Position numbers and translations under genes: made by a program. Positions 14,826 through 24,232 of a stretch of DNA of 32,000 nucleotides are shown here, piece after piece (position 1 is the first letter of the stretch; each line of letters begins with the position of its first letter). The notes under the pieces were generated by a model. The model made no database searches. It had not been told where the DNA came from and worked only from the letters and a program-made list of their open reading frames with translations. Origin of the DNA: Peribacillus frigoritolerans (GTDB taxonomy: Bacteria; Bacillota; Bacilli; Bacillales; Bacillaceae); contig NZ_SMZY01000001.1 in NCBI RefSeq assembly GCF_004358755.1, forward strand, positions 1,206,796 to 1,238,795, written 5' to 3'.

Positions 14826-15158
14826 TTAATAATAGAACGGGTAAGGGATGAAGAATGGAAAGATAAACGCGTAATACGGAAAACGGCGTCTTCGGTAACG
14901 TCGGAATCTTCTTCTATATCCATATTGCCTGTTCGCATCCATTTCACTTTCTTCCACTTCTTCAGGAATCATCATTGTGACACCCTCATTATCCATATCC
15001 TCGATAATTCCTTCAACTTGAGATCCATCTGTCATTCGTGCAATAACATAAAAATTCATATGTCTTCTGCATGTGCTCATTGCATCTTCTCTAGTTTCAA
15101 AAGGTTCTTCTTGCGGCCAATTGGCAGGATAATACCCATATTGGTAATTGTTCATCAT
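14826..15158 (-). CDS. Tyr/Arg/aromatic-rich small protein (110 aa); possible spore coat component
   Basis: GAGGAGGG lies just upstream of ATGATG (15158/15155). The protein starts MMNNYQYGYYPANWPQ and ends YGYRRRFRRYRRRRFPYYAFIFPFFIPYPFYY. The track ORF extends to 15341 with no RBS. Confidence 0.55.
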   Translation of the reverse strand: MMNNYQYGYYPANWPQEEPFETREDAMSTCRRHMNFYVIARMTDGSQVEGIIEDMDNEGVTMMIPEEVEESEMDANRQYGYRRRFRRYRRRRFPYYAFIFPFFIPYPFYY

Positions 15159-15296
15159 AATCCCTCCTCTGCGGTTTAGGTTATTCACCCGCATCAAAAC
15201 ATGTAACAATGTAGTTAGAAGTATTTTTTTCATATGGATAAGATATTGAATCATATTGTTTAAAGTGATACCTGAACTTGAAAGGAGGTTCCTATT

Positions 15297-15860
15297 TTGA
15301 AGCTGATTGATAAAGTCCAGACCATTCTTGGAAGTGTTCAAACTGCGGCGAAAATGGATCTATTGGAAGCCTTAAAGAATTTGAATATACAGCTTGAAGA
15401 ATTAGAACCCTTTCTTAAAAACGAACAAAATAAACCATACTACCGAAAGCTGCTTTATAAAAATGAGTACCTTGAGCTTCTAGTGATGAACTGGTCTGAA
15501 CTGGAATGTGTGCCTCATGATCATGGGAGTTCGCATGGGTGGATTCAAGTCATAAACGGAGTTTCTGAAAATACTGTATATGAGGTCAAAGAGAATCAGC
15601 TGCCTTATGAAATTTTTACAGTAAAAAAAGAGAAAGGGAAGATCTTTTTTGCGCCAAAAGGAGGCGTGCATAAAATGAGGGAGGCTCAAGGCACAAACCT
15701 TGTAACTCTTCACCTTTATTCTCCGCCAATTACAGGAATGAAGGTGTATGATCTGGAAAAATGTGCAGCATGTGTGGTTTCTGATGATTGCGGTGCATGG
15801 TGGCCTGATGAAGAGTCTCAAATGGTGAAAGAAATAAAACTAAAAAAAGCTGCGGAATGA
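15297..15860 (+). CDS. Cysteine dioxygenase type I-like cupin
   Basis: ELLVMNWSELECVPHDHGSSHGW...GGVHKM...LHLYSPP matches the bacterial CdoA cupin His motifs. TTG start with AAAGGAGG 8 nt upstream. The C-terminal tail contains CAACVVSDDC. Confidence 0.7.
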   Translation: MKLIDKVQTILGSVQTAAKMDLLEALKNLNIQLEELEPFLKNEQNKPYYRKLLYKNEYLELLVMNWSELECVPHDHGSSHGWIQVINGVSENTVYEVKENQLPYEIFTVKKEKGKIFFAPKGGVHKMREAQGTNLVTLHLYSPPITGMKVYDLEKCAACVVSDDCGAWWPDEESQMVKEIKLKKAAE

Positions 15861-15875
15861 ATTCGCAGCTTTTTA
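15848..15875 (+). terminator. Rho-independent terminator overlapping the stop codon
   Basis: AGCTGCG (15848-15854) pairs with CGCAGCT (15864-15870), followed by TTTT. Confidence 0.65.
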
Positions 15876-15915
15876 ATATGCTGAAATTGGATATAACTAT
15901 ATTGAGGTGATTTTA

Positions 15916-16233
15916 ATGAAGCGGCCGACACACCTGTTCATTTTCTTTATGGCAGGACTTTTCCTTTATTATGCCTGGACAGGCTTTGTAAAAAGCGAAC
16001 TTACAATTACAACACATAAAGGGTTCATTTTGGAAAAGTACGAGACTGCAGACATTTTAGAATCAGGAATAAATGTCATGTCTCAGACTGTTTATCACGT
16101 TAAACTTTCAACAGGTGCCAGTCTGCAGGTATCTGCATTTGTCTATAGCACCCTCAAGACAGGGGAATCAGCCGTTTTCGCAGAAAAACAAAACCATGTG
16201 TACCTTATAGATGAAAACAAATTAATATATTGA
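15916..16233 (+). CDS. Small membrane-anchored hypothetical protein (105 aa)
   Basis: GAGGTG lies 6 nt upstream of ATG 15916. The N-terminal TM helix is HLFIFFMAGLFLYYAW. Confidence 0.55.
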   Translation: MKRPTHLFIFFMAGLFLYYAWTGFVKSELTITTHKGFILEKYETADILESGINVMSQTVYHVKLSTGASLQVSAFVYSTLKTGESAVFAEKQNHVYLIDENKLIY

Positions 16234-16350
16234 ATACTCTTTTTATAAGATTTGGTGGCATTTTCCGCTATACGTATGAGATAATACATAAGTTCATTTT
16301 TCGCACGAAATTGATAAGAACAAGTCACATAATATAGGAAGTGAATCATA

Positions 16351-16725
16351 ATGATTAAAATTGAAATCCCTAGAGCAGATGTTGTCCTGACAAGAAATCC
16401 GGTTAAAGGCCAGCCTGTTGAAGCACCATTAAGCAGCGAATACGGTTTTACTGATTACAACAGAATTCCCCGCGATAAAGGCGGAATTTTCATGTTTTAC
16501 AATATCAATGATGAACTTTTGTTTGTAGGCAAAGCACGCAAGCTTAGACAAAGAATCAAAAAACATTTTGAAGATACTGTCTCTCCAATCAAAAACAACC
16601 GTGATGAAGTACATGAAATTGCTGTTTGCATCGTAGACAATGCAGTAGATCGTGAAATTTACGAGACATACATTATTAATGAGCTTCAGGCTAAATATAA
16701 TGTAGATAAAGTATTTTATAAATAA
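16351..16725 (+). CDS. GIY-YIG domain protein (UvrC N-terminal-like small nuclease)
   Basis: GIFMFYNINDELLFVGKARKLRQRIKKHF is a GIY-(x)-YxG-K/R...R motif. At 124 aa it is reminiscent of B. subtilis YurQ-type proteins (from memory). Confidence 0.7.
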   Translation: MIKIEIPRADVVLTRNPVKGQPVEAPLSSEYGFTDYNRIPRDKGGIFMFYNINDELLFVGKARKLRQRIKKHFEDTVSPIKNNRDEVHEIAVCIVDNAVDREIYETYIINELQAKYNVDKVFYK

Positions 16726-16735
16726 TGAAGATTAG

Positions 16736-16761
16736 CATTCGGCCCTGCCGGATGTTTTTTA
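16736..16761 (+). terminator. Rho-independent terminator
   Basis: CATTCGG pairs with CCGGATG (one G.U pair), followed by T6. Confidence 0.7.
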
Positions 16762-16940
16762 TTGGATCTAATTTTAGCAGCACCGTAAAAAAATTGCTGC
16801 TATTTAACGATTAATAGGTAATTGGAGTACAAAGTGTTATAATAAACTGGTTTCAAAAGAGGATTATATTATTTGAGTTAGGGAAAATAACTAAAGCAAA
16901 GAATTCATCCAAATTTCAACTAATGGAAGGAGATTTTACG

Positions 16941-17219
16941 ATGGATAAAATTGAAGTAGGCGAGATTTTCACAATCAGCGATGAGAACGATCAGGAGCAG
17001 GAAGTAGAAGTTCTTGGGGTATTAGAAGTAGACGGCACTGAATATGCGGCAGTTGGTTTTGTTGAAGAAATTCAGCAGGAAACAGACGAGGACATTGACA
17101 TCTACTTCCTTCGTGTAGACGAAGAAGGAGACTTCACTGCCATTGAAAGCGACGATGAGTTTGATAAAGTATCCGCTGCGTTTGACGAATTGATGGAAGA
17201 AGAAGCAGAAGAAAACTGA
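16941..17219 (+). CDS. DUF1292-like acidic protein (92 aa)
   Basis: GGAAGGAG lies 8 nt upstream of ATG 16941. The pattern ...DENDQEQEVEVLGVLEVDGTEYAAV...YFLRVDEEG... is typical of the DUF1292/UPF0473 family. Confidence 0.7.
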   Translation: MDKIEVGEIFTISDENDQEQEVEVLGVLEVDGTEYAAVGFVEEIQQETDEDIDIYFLRVDEEGDFTAIESDDEFDKVSAAFDELMEEEAEEN

Positions 17220-17234
17220 TCTACATAATTTTAA

Positions 17235-17270
17235 GACCAAGTGCTTTCATGCATTTGGTCATTTTATTTA
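17235..17270 (+). terminator. Rho-independent terminator
   Basis: GACCAAGTGC pairs with GCATTTGGTC (one G.U pair), followed by ATTTTATTT. Confidence 0.6.
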
Positions 17271-17391
17271 CGGATGGATTTTACTTGAAATACAAGGAAT
17301 TTCTATTTAAAGATACAGATTTGTTTTTCGTTTTTCTTATCTTTATAGTACAATCAATTCTAATGGAAAAAAAGATAAGGAAGTGTAACAA

Positions 17392-18177
17392 ATGAAAGAA
17401 CGCATCATCACCGGCATTATTATCTTGATTTTATTCATGATTCCATTCTACATTGGAGCATTTTGGTTTACTTATTTAGCCATGATTTTAGCCATCATTG
17501 CCTTTCATGAATTGACAACTATCATTAAAATCAGAAAATACGGGACGAAATATTTTGTTGGCCTTGCAGGAATTGTGCTGTTATTTCTCCCGCTGCTTCC
17601 GTTTTTGAATGTAACGTTTGAGATTATCCAAATTAAAGTGCTGCTGGCACTCGTTTTGTTTTTCCTGACATCCACCGTTTTTAATATTGAATATTCAATT
17701 GAAAAAGCTGGAACGCTGCTGATCGGTGTTCTCTACATTGGATTTGGCTTTGTGTTTTTGGCAGAAGCTAGAATTGATGAAGGCCTTATTTGGACACTGG
17801 CAGTATTAATTTCCATTTGGGCAACTGACTCAGGAGCCTATTTTATCGGCAGAAAGTTTGGCAGAACGAAGCTTGCTGAAAAGGTAAGCCCGAATAAAAC
17901 GATTGAAGGTTCAATTGGGGGCATCATCATTGCTCTTATTATTGGTCTTGTTATGCAAATGAGTTTTCAGCCATTTGACAATTATGGTGAAACAGTACTT
18001 CTGATTTTTGTCGTTTCTATTGCCGGTCAAGTTGGAGACCTTGTAGAATCAGCTTTAAAACGCCACTTCAAAGTAAAAGATTCAGGCAAGCTGCTTCCTG
18101 GACACGGCGGCATTCTCGACAGGCTGGACAGCTGGATCTTTGTTTTCATCGGATTGAAGTTAATAGGATTAATTTAA
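17392..18177 (+). CDS. cdsA: Phosphatidate cytidylyltransferase (CDP-diglyceride synthase) family protein
   Basis: Polytopic membrane protein carrying the CdsA signature SGAYFIGRKFGRTKL...SPNKTIEGSIGG...GDLVESALKRHFKVKDSGKLLPGHGGILDRLDS. It is probably a paralog, since the usual uppS/dxr context is absent. Confidence 0.85.
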   Translation: MKERIITGIIILILFMIPFYIGAFWFTYLAMILAIIAFHELTTIIKIRKYGTKYFVGLAGIVLLFLPLLPFLNVTFEIIQIKVLLALVLFFLTSTVFNIEYSIEKAGTLLIGVLYIGFGFVFLAEARIDEGLIWTLAVLISIWATDSGAYFIGRKFGRTKLAEKVSPNKTIEGSIGGIIIALIIGLVMQMSFQPFDNYGETVLLIFVVSIAGQVGDLVESALKRHFKVKDSGKLLPGHGGILDRLDSWIFVFIGLKLIGLI

Positions 18178-18179
18178 AG

Positions 18180-18208
18180 GATATACGATTACCGTATATC
18201 TTTTTTTT
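18180..18208 (+). terminator. Rho-independent terminator
   Basis: GATATACG pairs with CGTATATC, followed by T8. Confidence 0.8.
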
Positions 18209-18245
18209 ATCTATAAAATGAAAAATTCGAAAGGGAGGGGGATCT

Positions 18246-19367
18246 TCAGTCTCCCAAAGCCCCTTCAATTTTATATAGATCAAGGTCAATCTCAAGTTCC
18301 ATGCCAAGTGCAAGCTTTGCAAGCTCCCGGCCAATAAAAGGACCCATCGTCAGCCCCGATGCTCCCAGTCCGTTTGCAGCTGCTAAGCCTCGCAAGCCCG
18401 GTACGAAACCTACTACAGGCAAAAAACCCGGAGTAAATGGCCTGAAACCGGTTCTGGCTTCAAGAAAGGTACTGCTTTCTAGGCCTGGTGCCGTTTCTAA
18501 AGCTTTATTAAAAACCTCCTGCAGGCCGCCTGCTGTAATTCTAGTATCGAAACCTTCAATCTCATTTTCATGCGTTGCTCCGGCGACAATCCGCTGTTCA
18601 TCAAATGCAAGTAAATATTGATCACTTGGAGGCATGACTACAGGCCAGGAATCCGTATTTGCGTCTTCTATTTTCAAATGGGCAATCTGAGCTTTTTGAT
18701 AGGTAACTTTAAAAGTTATGCCAAGAGGTTTTACTAATTCATTTGCCCAGGCTCCTGCGCAGATTATGACCTCATCTGCAGAAAAAACTTTCCCGCTAGC
18801 AAACACTCCTGTCACTTGGTTGCCTTCATATTGAAGCTTAGCATCCCCATTAATATAAACGGCTCCCTTTTTTTCGGCAGCTCTTAAAAGGGAGTCTCTT
18901 AAAGCACGGCCATCAACACGTGCAGCTCCTTCAATATGAACGGAAAAATAGTCATCTGATAGCGGAGGAAAGCTTTTTTTTGTTTCTATTTTGGATAATG
19001 AAGTGATTTTGCCGATTTCCGGTGCATCTTCTTTTCTTTTAATAGCCCGTTCTTCAACCTTCTTAATCTTATCTTCATCACGATGCAGGATAATCGCCCC
19101 TACCCGCTTATAACCCGTATTTGATTCACCTTCTTTTTCTAGTTCATTAATTAATTCCGGATAGTAACGGGCTCCGCCTTTGGCAAGCTTATACCAGGCT
19201 TGATTTCTGCGCTGTGACACCCAGGGGCAGACGATTCCGGCCGCAGCATCTGTTGCTTGTCCTGCATCTTTGCGGTCTACTATAGTGACATCCGCTCCGA
19301 ATTTAGTTAAATGATAGGCAGTGGAAGCTCCTAAGATTCCTGCACCGACTACGATGATTTTTTTCAT
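18246..19367 (-). CDS. FAD-dependent oxidoreductase (DAO/glycine-oxidase-like family)
   Basis: N-terminal Rossmann motif KKIIVVGAGILGASTAYHL...VTIVDR at 373 aa. Possibly YurR-like (from memory). Confidence 0.8.
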   Translation of the reverse strand: MKKIIVVGAGILGASTAYHLTKFGADVTIVDRKDAGQATDAAAGIVCPWVSQRRNQAWYKLAKGGARYYPELINELEKEGESNTGYKRVGAIILHRDEDKIKKVEERAIKRKEDAPEIGKITSLSKIETKKSFPPLSDDYFSVHIEGAARVDGRALRDSLLRAAEKKGAVYINGDAKLQYEGNQVTGVFASGKVFSADEVIICAGAWANELVKPLGITFKVTYQKAQIAHLKIEDANTDSWPVVMPPSDQYLLAFDEQRIVAGATHENEIEGFDTRITAGGLQEVFNKALETAPGLESSTFLEARTGFRPFTPGFLPVVGFVPGLRGLAAANGLGASGLTMGPFIGRELAKLALGMELEIDLDLYKIEGALGD

Positions 19368-19496
19368 TTACATTCATCCTTTTAATAATTCATTACTCTT
19401 ACTATACACGATTGTTCTCATCCTTTTGATTCCATCCTAACCAAAGATAAGAGCGCATAGAATAGTGTATCAAATGTTTTTATAAAGAGGTGCAGA

Positions 19497-20471
19497 ATGA
19501 ATCCGATAACGAACAATTATTTGCCTTTGATAAAGCATTTTTTACCGCATGAAGCTGAAGTGCTGGAAATATTGCATCCGATGAACCGCCAGGCCATACT
19601 TGTTGGTGATATAGACGGAGATCAAATCATGGAAATTGCGGCTGCCTACAGATACAATGAGGAGCATTATGTCCTTATCTTAAAAAATGTTCATCATTCG
19701 TGGCAACAGGCAGCAAATTTGAAAGGAAACAGTCCTTATTTTGCTGATTTTTATCTTAACCCTCCTGAGATGAACCGTTATATTGTGACCGAGGAAAAGG
19801 GTGACGTCACTGGAGATGGCATACCTGATAAAGTCTATCTGACTGCCGATCAAACTCCGGACAGTCCATTTCTGCAGAATATCAGGCTAAATGTTAAAAA
19901 TGGAAGAACCGGACAAGTGCAGCAAATTCCTCTAAAAGAGAATGCCGGATATGAACCATCTTTGTTTTTGGGTGATTTCACCGGCAATAAAGCAAATGAT
20001 ATTTTAGTAGTCATTAACTCAGGCGGCAGCGGAGGCATTATCTTCACCTATGTTTTTTCCTACATGGACAGGAACTTCAAACAGATATTCGACTCTGAAA
20101 CATTTAATGAATCAAATAAATACGAAGTTATTTATCTAGATCAATACAAGGCTCAAGTAAATAGTTTAAACCCGGCTAAAACATATATTCTTGACCTTCA
20201 GTATAAAGGGGAGGAGTACCTGAACGAAATTTATAATAAAGACGGAACTTTAAAACAGCCTGTTGAGGGCTGGGTAGCTCCGCTTTCAGGACTGTACCCG
20301 GTCGACTTTGAACGGGACGGCATATACGAACTGGATGCGTATCAGAATATCGCGGGCAGGTACAGTGCAGATGGATTAGGTTACATGATGAATGTTTTGA
20401 AGTGGAATGGACGTGAATTTGTGACTGATCGGCAAAGCATTGCGATTTTTGGAAAGGAAAAAGAGCAGTAA
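19497..20471 (+). CDS. FG-GAP/VCBS-like repeat protein (324 aa)
   Basis: Repeated GDxDGDxxxE / GDVTGDGIPD / GDFTGNKANDILVV motifs. No signal peptide is evident. Confidence 0.6.
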   Translation: MNPITNNYLPLIKHFLPHEAEVLEILHPMNRQAILVGDIDGDQIMEIAAAYRYNEEHYVLILKNVHHSWQQAANLKGNSPYFADFYLNPPEMNRYIVTEEKGDVTGDGIPDKVYLTADQTPDSPFLQNIRLNVKNGRTGQVQQIPLKENAGYEPSLFLGDFTGNKANDILVVINSGGSGGIIFTYVFSYMDRNFKQIFDSETFNESNKYEVIYLDQYKAQVNSLNPAKTYILDLQYKGEEYLNEIYNKDGTLKQPVEGWVAPLSGLYPVDFERDGIYELDAYQNIAGRYSADGLGYMMNVLKWNGREFVTDRQSIAIFGKEKEQ

Positions 20472-20641
20472 ATATTTTAATGTCAATCGATAAATACAAG
20501 CTGCGATTCAATTTTAGTTTTCACTATCTTCCTTGTTCTCGGTGTCATTTGGCTATTCTTAAAAAAACAAAACAAGCAGTTAAAAGGAGTCATCAGCTAA
20601 TCCAAATTTAGTAACCGATTGACAGTATTAAGCTGCAATTG

Positions 20642-20675
20642 AAGGGAACTTCCAGAAATGGAGTTCCCTTTTTTC
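20642..20675 (+). terminator. Rho-independent terminator
   Basis: AAGGGAACT pairs with AGTTCCCTT, followed by a T-run. It lies 170 nt after the 20471 stop. Confidence 0.6.
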
Positions 20676-20706
20676 TAATTCTTGTCCTCTAATACATAAT
20701 TAGTCC

Positions 20707-21156
20707 TTAATCCACAACAATATACGCAACCATCGGCACACCTTGTCCGTGATGGGAGTGTGTATCGCAAATGAGGCGATAAATTCCTTCTTTATCGAAT
20801 TTTAATGGAATGACTGTTTTGGTCCCTTTTTTCACTGTACCAGTGATGTCCGTTCCTTCAATTCTGAATGGATGCTCATTGCCATTCACACCATGAATGG
20901 TTAATGTAACTTGTTTTCCTTCAGGCACATAAATCGTTCCCGGGTCCCATCTGTAGGCTTCAATCTCTTTTCCGTCATCCGTTTTTGATTTGAATTCCCC
21001 TGTGACCATATTGATTTCCAGATTCCCGCTGTTATTTTCCATTTTCAAGGTCGGAGCTGCTGCCGGACTGAAATAATACCAACTGCCAATTCCTATTAAG
21101 GCAAATAGTGCCGCTCCAAATAAAAGCCATTTCTTTTTAATTAAGACAAAGCGCAT
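20707..21156 (-). CDS. Membrane-anchored cupredoxin (type-1 copper) domain protein
   Basis: AGGAGG lies 7 nt upstream. It has an N-terminal TM helix. The H...C..H....M ligand pattern is present (NEHPF ... LICDTHSHHGQGVPM). Confidence 0.7.
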   Translation of the reverse strand: MRFVLIKKKWLLFGAALFALIGIGSWYYFSPAAAPTLKMENNSGNLEINMVTGEFKSKTDDGKEIEAYRWDPGTIYVPEGKQVTLTIHGVNGNEHPFRIEGTDITGTVKKGTKTVIPLKFDKEGIYRLICDTHSHHGQGVPMVAYIVVD

Positions 21157-21287
21157 GAATGTACCTCCTATCTCTATTTTTAAATTTATATGACAGGAGG
21201 GATGAAAACTTGTCTTATCTATTCATGTAAAAAGACGAATAGACACGTTTCTATTAACAAACCCTTTAAGAAAAAGGAGGTTCAACC

Positions 21288-21452
21288 ATGAAAAAAGAAA
21301 AAGATGATTCGTTTTTGAAGCTGAAAGATAGACAAGCACATCCAAATTTCAAGGACATATCAGGAGACTCCGTAGATGAACTCAGAAATACAGAGTCTGC
21401 CAACATCATGTTAGGCGGAGATGAAATCAAGCAGCAAAATGAAAATCTATAA
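21288..21452 (+). CDS. Small hydrophilic protein (54 aa), absent from the supplied track; possibly spore-associated
   Basis: AAAAAGGAGG lies 7 nt upstream. Sequence: MKKEKDDSFLKLKDRQAHPNFKDISGDSVDELRNTESANIMLGGDEIKQQNENL. A strong bidirectional terminator follows. The overlapping minus-strand track ORF 21266..21556 has no RBS. Confidence 0.5.
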   Translation: MKKEKDDSFLKLKDRQAHPNFKDISGDSVDELRNTESANIMLGGDEIKQQNENL

Positions 21453-21455
21453 ACC

Positions 21456-21487
21456 AAAAAAGGTATGTCACATGCGACATACCTTTT
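21456..21487. terminator. Bidirectional terminator between convergent genes
   Basis: A-run, AAGGTATGTC-ACATGC-GACATACCTT, then TTATT. Confidence 0.75.
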
Positions 21488-21488
21488 A

Positions 21489-21770
21489 TTATTCCTCATT
21501 ATAGAACTCACTGCTGAACAGATTATATGAGTCCTCTTCTTCCTCTTCTTTATCAATTGCCCGCACAGTGTCAGAGTAAGATTTTCTTCTCCGGTTTAAA
21601 TCCTTGAATTCCGCTTCCAGAAATTCTGCCTGATTGTGCGAAAGCTTAATCGTGACTTCATTATTATTTTCATCTGCAGCTTTTAAAAGCACATAGCTGT
21701 CTACCGAATCACGCAGCGTCACGTTGCTGAGCGTTAAATTCATATTATTTAATTCGTATCTTGCTTTCAT
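21489..21770 (-). CDS. Hypothetical protein with an acidic tail (93 aa)
   Basis: Clean ORF with GGAGG 11 nt upstream. No family recognised. Confidence 0.5.
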   Translation of the reverse strand: MKARYELNNMNLTLSNVTLRDSVDSYVLLKAADENNNEVTIKLSHNQAEFLEAEFKDLNRRRKSYSDTVRAIDKEEEEEDSYNLFSSEFYNEE

Positions 21771-21993
21771 TGATGAATGGACCTCCAGTGGCCGTATATA
21801 TTATACATTCTATTTTATAGGTATAGACACAAAAGTACAATGAACCGGCAAAATAATTCTAAATAACCATTCTATTGGACAAAGTGTAAAAACATATCAT
21901 GATTCATTTTACGTTAAGAAAAATGAAATAGAGAGAAATTTGCTATATTATTAATACAGAATATTCTATAAATTCACACAGGAGGGGATACGA

Positions 21994-23244
21994 TTGACAG
22001 AAAAAACACTGACAATAAACAAAACCCGGCTGGAAGAAAGAATACATGCTCTATCTCAGATAGGGAAAATCAGTGATACTGGAGTATGCAGACTGGCTCT
22101 ATCTCCTGAAGACAAAGCCGCAGTGGAAACGGTAAAAGGCTGGATGGAAGAAGCAGGATTAACGGCGAGAATCGATCACTTTGGAAATCTGATTGGCCGG
22201 CTTGAAGGAAGGAATCCTGAGGCTCCTGTATTAATGCTGGGTTCACATATTGATTCACAGCCGTATGCAGGAAGATTTGATGGAGTAATCGGTGTTATAG
22301 GTGCGTTAGAAGCCGCTCAAACATTGAAAGAGTTGAATATTACTCCAAATATGCCAATTGAAATTGTCGCGTTTTGCGATGAAGAGGGCTGCCGTTTTAA
22401 CAAAGGATTGTTTGGAGTTAGAGGAATGCTTGGTCAACTGGAAGAAGGCGAGTTAGACCGGACAGATAAAAATGGCATCACTCGAAGAGAGGCATTAATT
22501 GAATTTGGATGTGATCCTGAAAGATTCAAGGAATCAGAATACCCTGCCGGAAGTATTTCCGCATTTATTGAGCTGCACATTGAACAAGGGCCGATTCTTG
22601 AAGCAAAAGATACACCCGTTGGAATTGTTACAGGCATTTCAGGGCCATTATGGCTGACGGTAGAATTGGAGGGCTTTGCAGGTCACGCCGGCTCTGTCCC
22701 TATGCATATGAGACAGGATGCGCTTGTTGGTGCAGCCAAAATCGTTGTCGCGCTCAATGAATTAACAAGCGAGGATGTTTCTGCGCCTACAGTCGGTACA
22801 GTTGGAAGCATGAAGATCTTTCCTGACTCACGAAACATCATTCCCGAAAAAGTCAGCTTTACAATCGATTTAAGAGATATTGAGATTGAAAGACGCGATC
22901 TTATTGAACAGCAGCTAAGAAAAAAAATCCACACGATTTCACAGCAGCATGGACTGACTTATACCATTTCAGAAGATACAAATAGTGAACCGCGCTATTG
23001 CTCTGAAAGAATAAAAAGATTGATGAGTAAAGAGAGCGCAAGTATCGGGCTGAATGCGATTGAATTAATGAGCGGACCGTTTCATGATTCGCTGGCAATG
23101 TCGTATGAATGTGAGTACGGGATGATTTTTGTCCGCTGCATGGACGGCATCAGCCATAATCCTAAAGAGTTTTCAACTATTGAAGATATCTCGCTTGGAA
23201 CGGAGCTATTATACAGAACGGCTATGAAAATGGCTTTAGATTAA
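21994..23244 (+). CDS. M20-family Zn-dependent amidohydrolase (allantoate amidohydrolase / N-carbamoyl-L-amino-acid hydrolase type)
   Basis: The motifs DHFGNLIGRLEG, GSHIDSQPYAGRFDGVIGVIGALEA and GHAGSVPM are typical of the AllC/AmaB family. TTG start with AGGAGGGG 6 nt upstream. Confidence 0.85.
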   Translation: MTEKTLTINKTRLEERIHALSQIGKISDTGVCRLALSPEDKAAVETVKGWMEEAGLTARIDHFGNLIGRLEGRNPEAPVLMLGSHIDSQPYAGRFDGVIGVIGALEAAQTLKELNITPNMPIEIVAFCDEEGCRFNKGLFGVRGMLGQLEEGELDRTDKNGITRREALIEFGCDPERFKESEYPAGSISAFIELHIEQGPILEAKDTPVGIVTGISGPLWLTVELEGFAGHAGSVPMHMRQDALVGAAKIVVALNELTSEDVSAPTVGTVGSMKIFPDSRNIIPEKVSFTIDLRDIEIERRDLIEQQLRKKIHTISQQHGLTYTISEDTNSEPRYCSERIKRLMSKESASIGLNAIELMSGPFHDSLAMSYECEYGMIFVRCMDGISHNPKEFSTIEDISLGTELLYRTAMKMALD

Positions 23245-23278
23245 ATAAAAAATGAATCATGGAAAACCAGATAAAGAG

Positions 23279-23314
23279 CGCCAAAGTGGATAATTATTCA
23301 TTTTGGTGTTTTTT
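23279..23314 (+). terminator. Rho-independent terminator
   Basis: CGCCAAAGTG pairs with CATTTTGGTG (two G.U pairs), followed by T6. Confidence 0.65.
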
Positions 23315-23473
23315 GATAGAAAAATAACCGGCTTAAGAGGCAGCTTGTTGTATTTTAATACACTCACCTCATTCTTAACGGCAATTTCTTTTGACTAAAG
23401 ATTCCTTATGAATCATAATCAAAATGGAAAAAGACAAAGAATACATAAAAAAAGATTGAAAGCGGTGAATCCA

Positions 23474-24151
23474 ATGAAGAAAAAGATTGCCCTATCCTGG
23501 AGCGGCGGAAAAGATGGCTGTATGGCACTGCATAAGCTAATTGCCCAGGGCTATGAAATTGCCTGTCTTGTAACCACTGTACCAGTGGAGCTGGAAAGAA
23601 CGTTCGGACATGGCGAGAAAATGGAAGCGATTCTAAAACAAAGTGAAGCCTTAGGTATTCCTGTGCATTTTATTAGATGTACATTTAAAGGATATACTCA
23701 AAGTTTTATAGATTCACTTAGAGAGTTGAAGGAGAACTATCATCTTACAAGTGCAGCTTTCGGAGATTTGTATCTTGATGAACACCGCAGCTGGGGAGAG
23801 AATGCAGCGGACTCTGCCGGGTTAGAAGCACTGTATCCGCTCTGGATGGAGAAGAAGGAAGCAGCGCACGCCCTTCAAGCTTTTGTAAATAGCGGATACA
23901 AAGCTGTCATCATCAGAACTCAGGATGATGTGCTTGATAAAACATGGCTTGGCAGGGAAATTGATCAGCAGCTCATTGAAAAAATGAAGTCCGAGCCTAT
24001 CTGTCCTATGGGTGAGGCAGGGGAATATCATACCTTTGTGTATGATGGTCCATTATTTAAAAAGCGAATCCAGCTTACATTTGGCGAGAAAACACAAATG
24101 GAAACTACGACGCGTCTGGAGCTTGAAGGTTTAACCCTCATCGTGAAATAG
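23474..24151 (+). CDS. Dph6-related ATP pyrophosphatase (diphthine-ammonia ligase / MJ0570-like N-type ATPase)
   Basis: The PP-loop reads KIALSWSGGKDGCMAL. ATG 23474 has GGTGA 5 nt upstream; the track start at 23408 lacks an RBS. Confidence 0.7.
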   Translation: MKKKIALSWSGGKDGCMALHKLIAQGYEIACLVTTVPVELERTFGHGEKMEAILKQSEALGIPVHFIRCTFKGYTQSFIDSLRELKENYHLTSAAFGDLYLDEHRSWGENAADSAGLEALYPLWMEKKEAAHALQAFVNSGYKAVIIRTQDDVLDKTWLGREIDQQLIEKMKSEPICPMGEAGEYHTFVYDGPLFKKRIQLTFGEKTQMETTTRLELEGLTLIVK

Positions 24152-24181
24152 TCTGACTGACGTTTCAGAAAAAAGATTTTG

Positions 24182-24210
24182 ATGACATTTCCATTTTTAT
24201 AGATTACAAT
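24182..24210 (+). promoter_or_regulatory. SigA-type promoter for the riboswitch and cob operon
   Basis: ATGACA (24182-24187), 17-nt spacer, TACAAT (24205-24210). Confidence 0.5.
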
Positions 24211-24232
24211 GAACAAAAAAATATGATTCTTT

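Noticed and set aside
15159-15341. A 61-codon N-terminal extension of minus-strand ORF 14826..15341.
   Set aside because: It has no RBS, it would overlap the TTG start of the divergent cupin gene, and a strong GAGGAGGG sits directly before the internal ATGATG at 15158.
18301-18621. Plus-strand 106-aa Pro/Ser/Ala-rich ORF.
   Set aside because: It is antisense to the FAD oxidoreductase gene, whose Rossmann motif and full-length conservation pattern are far more convincing.
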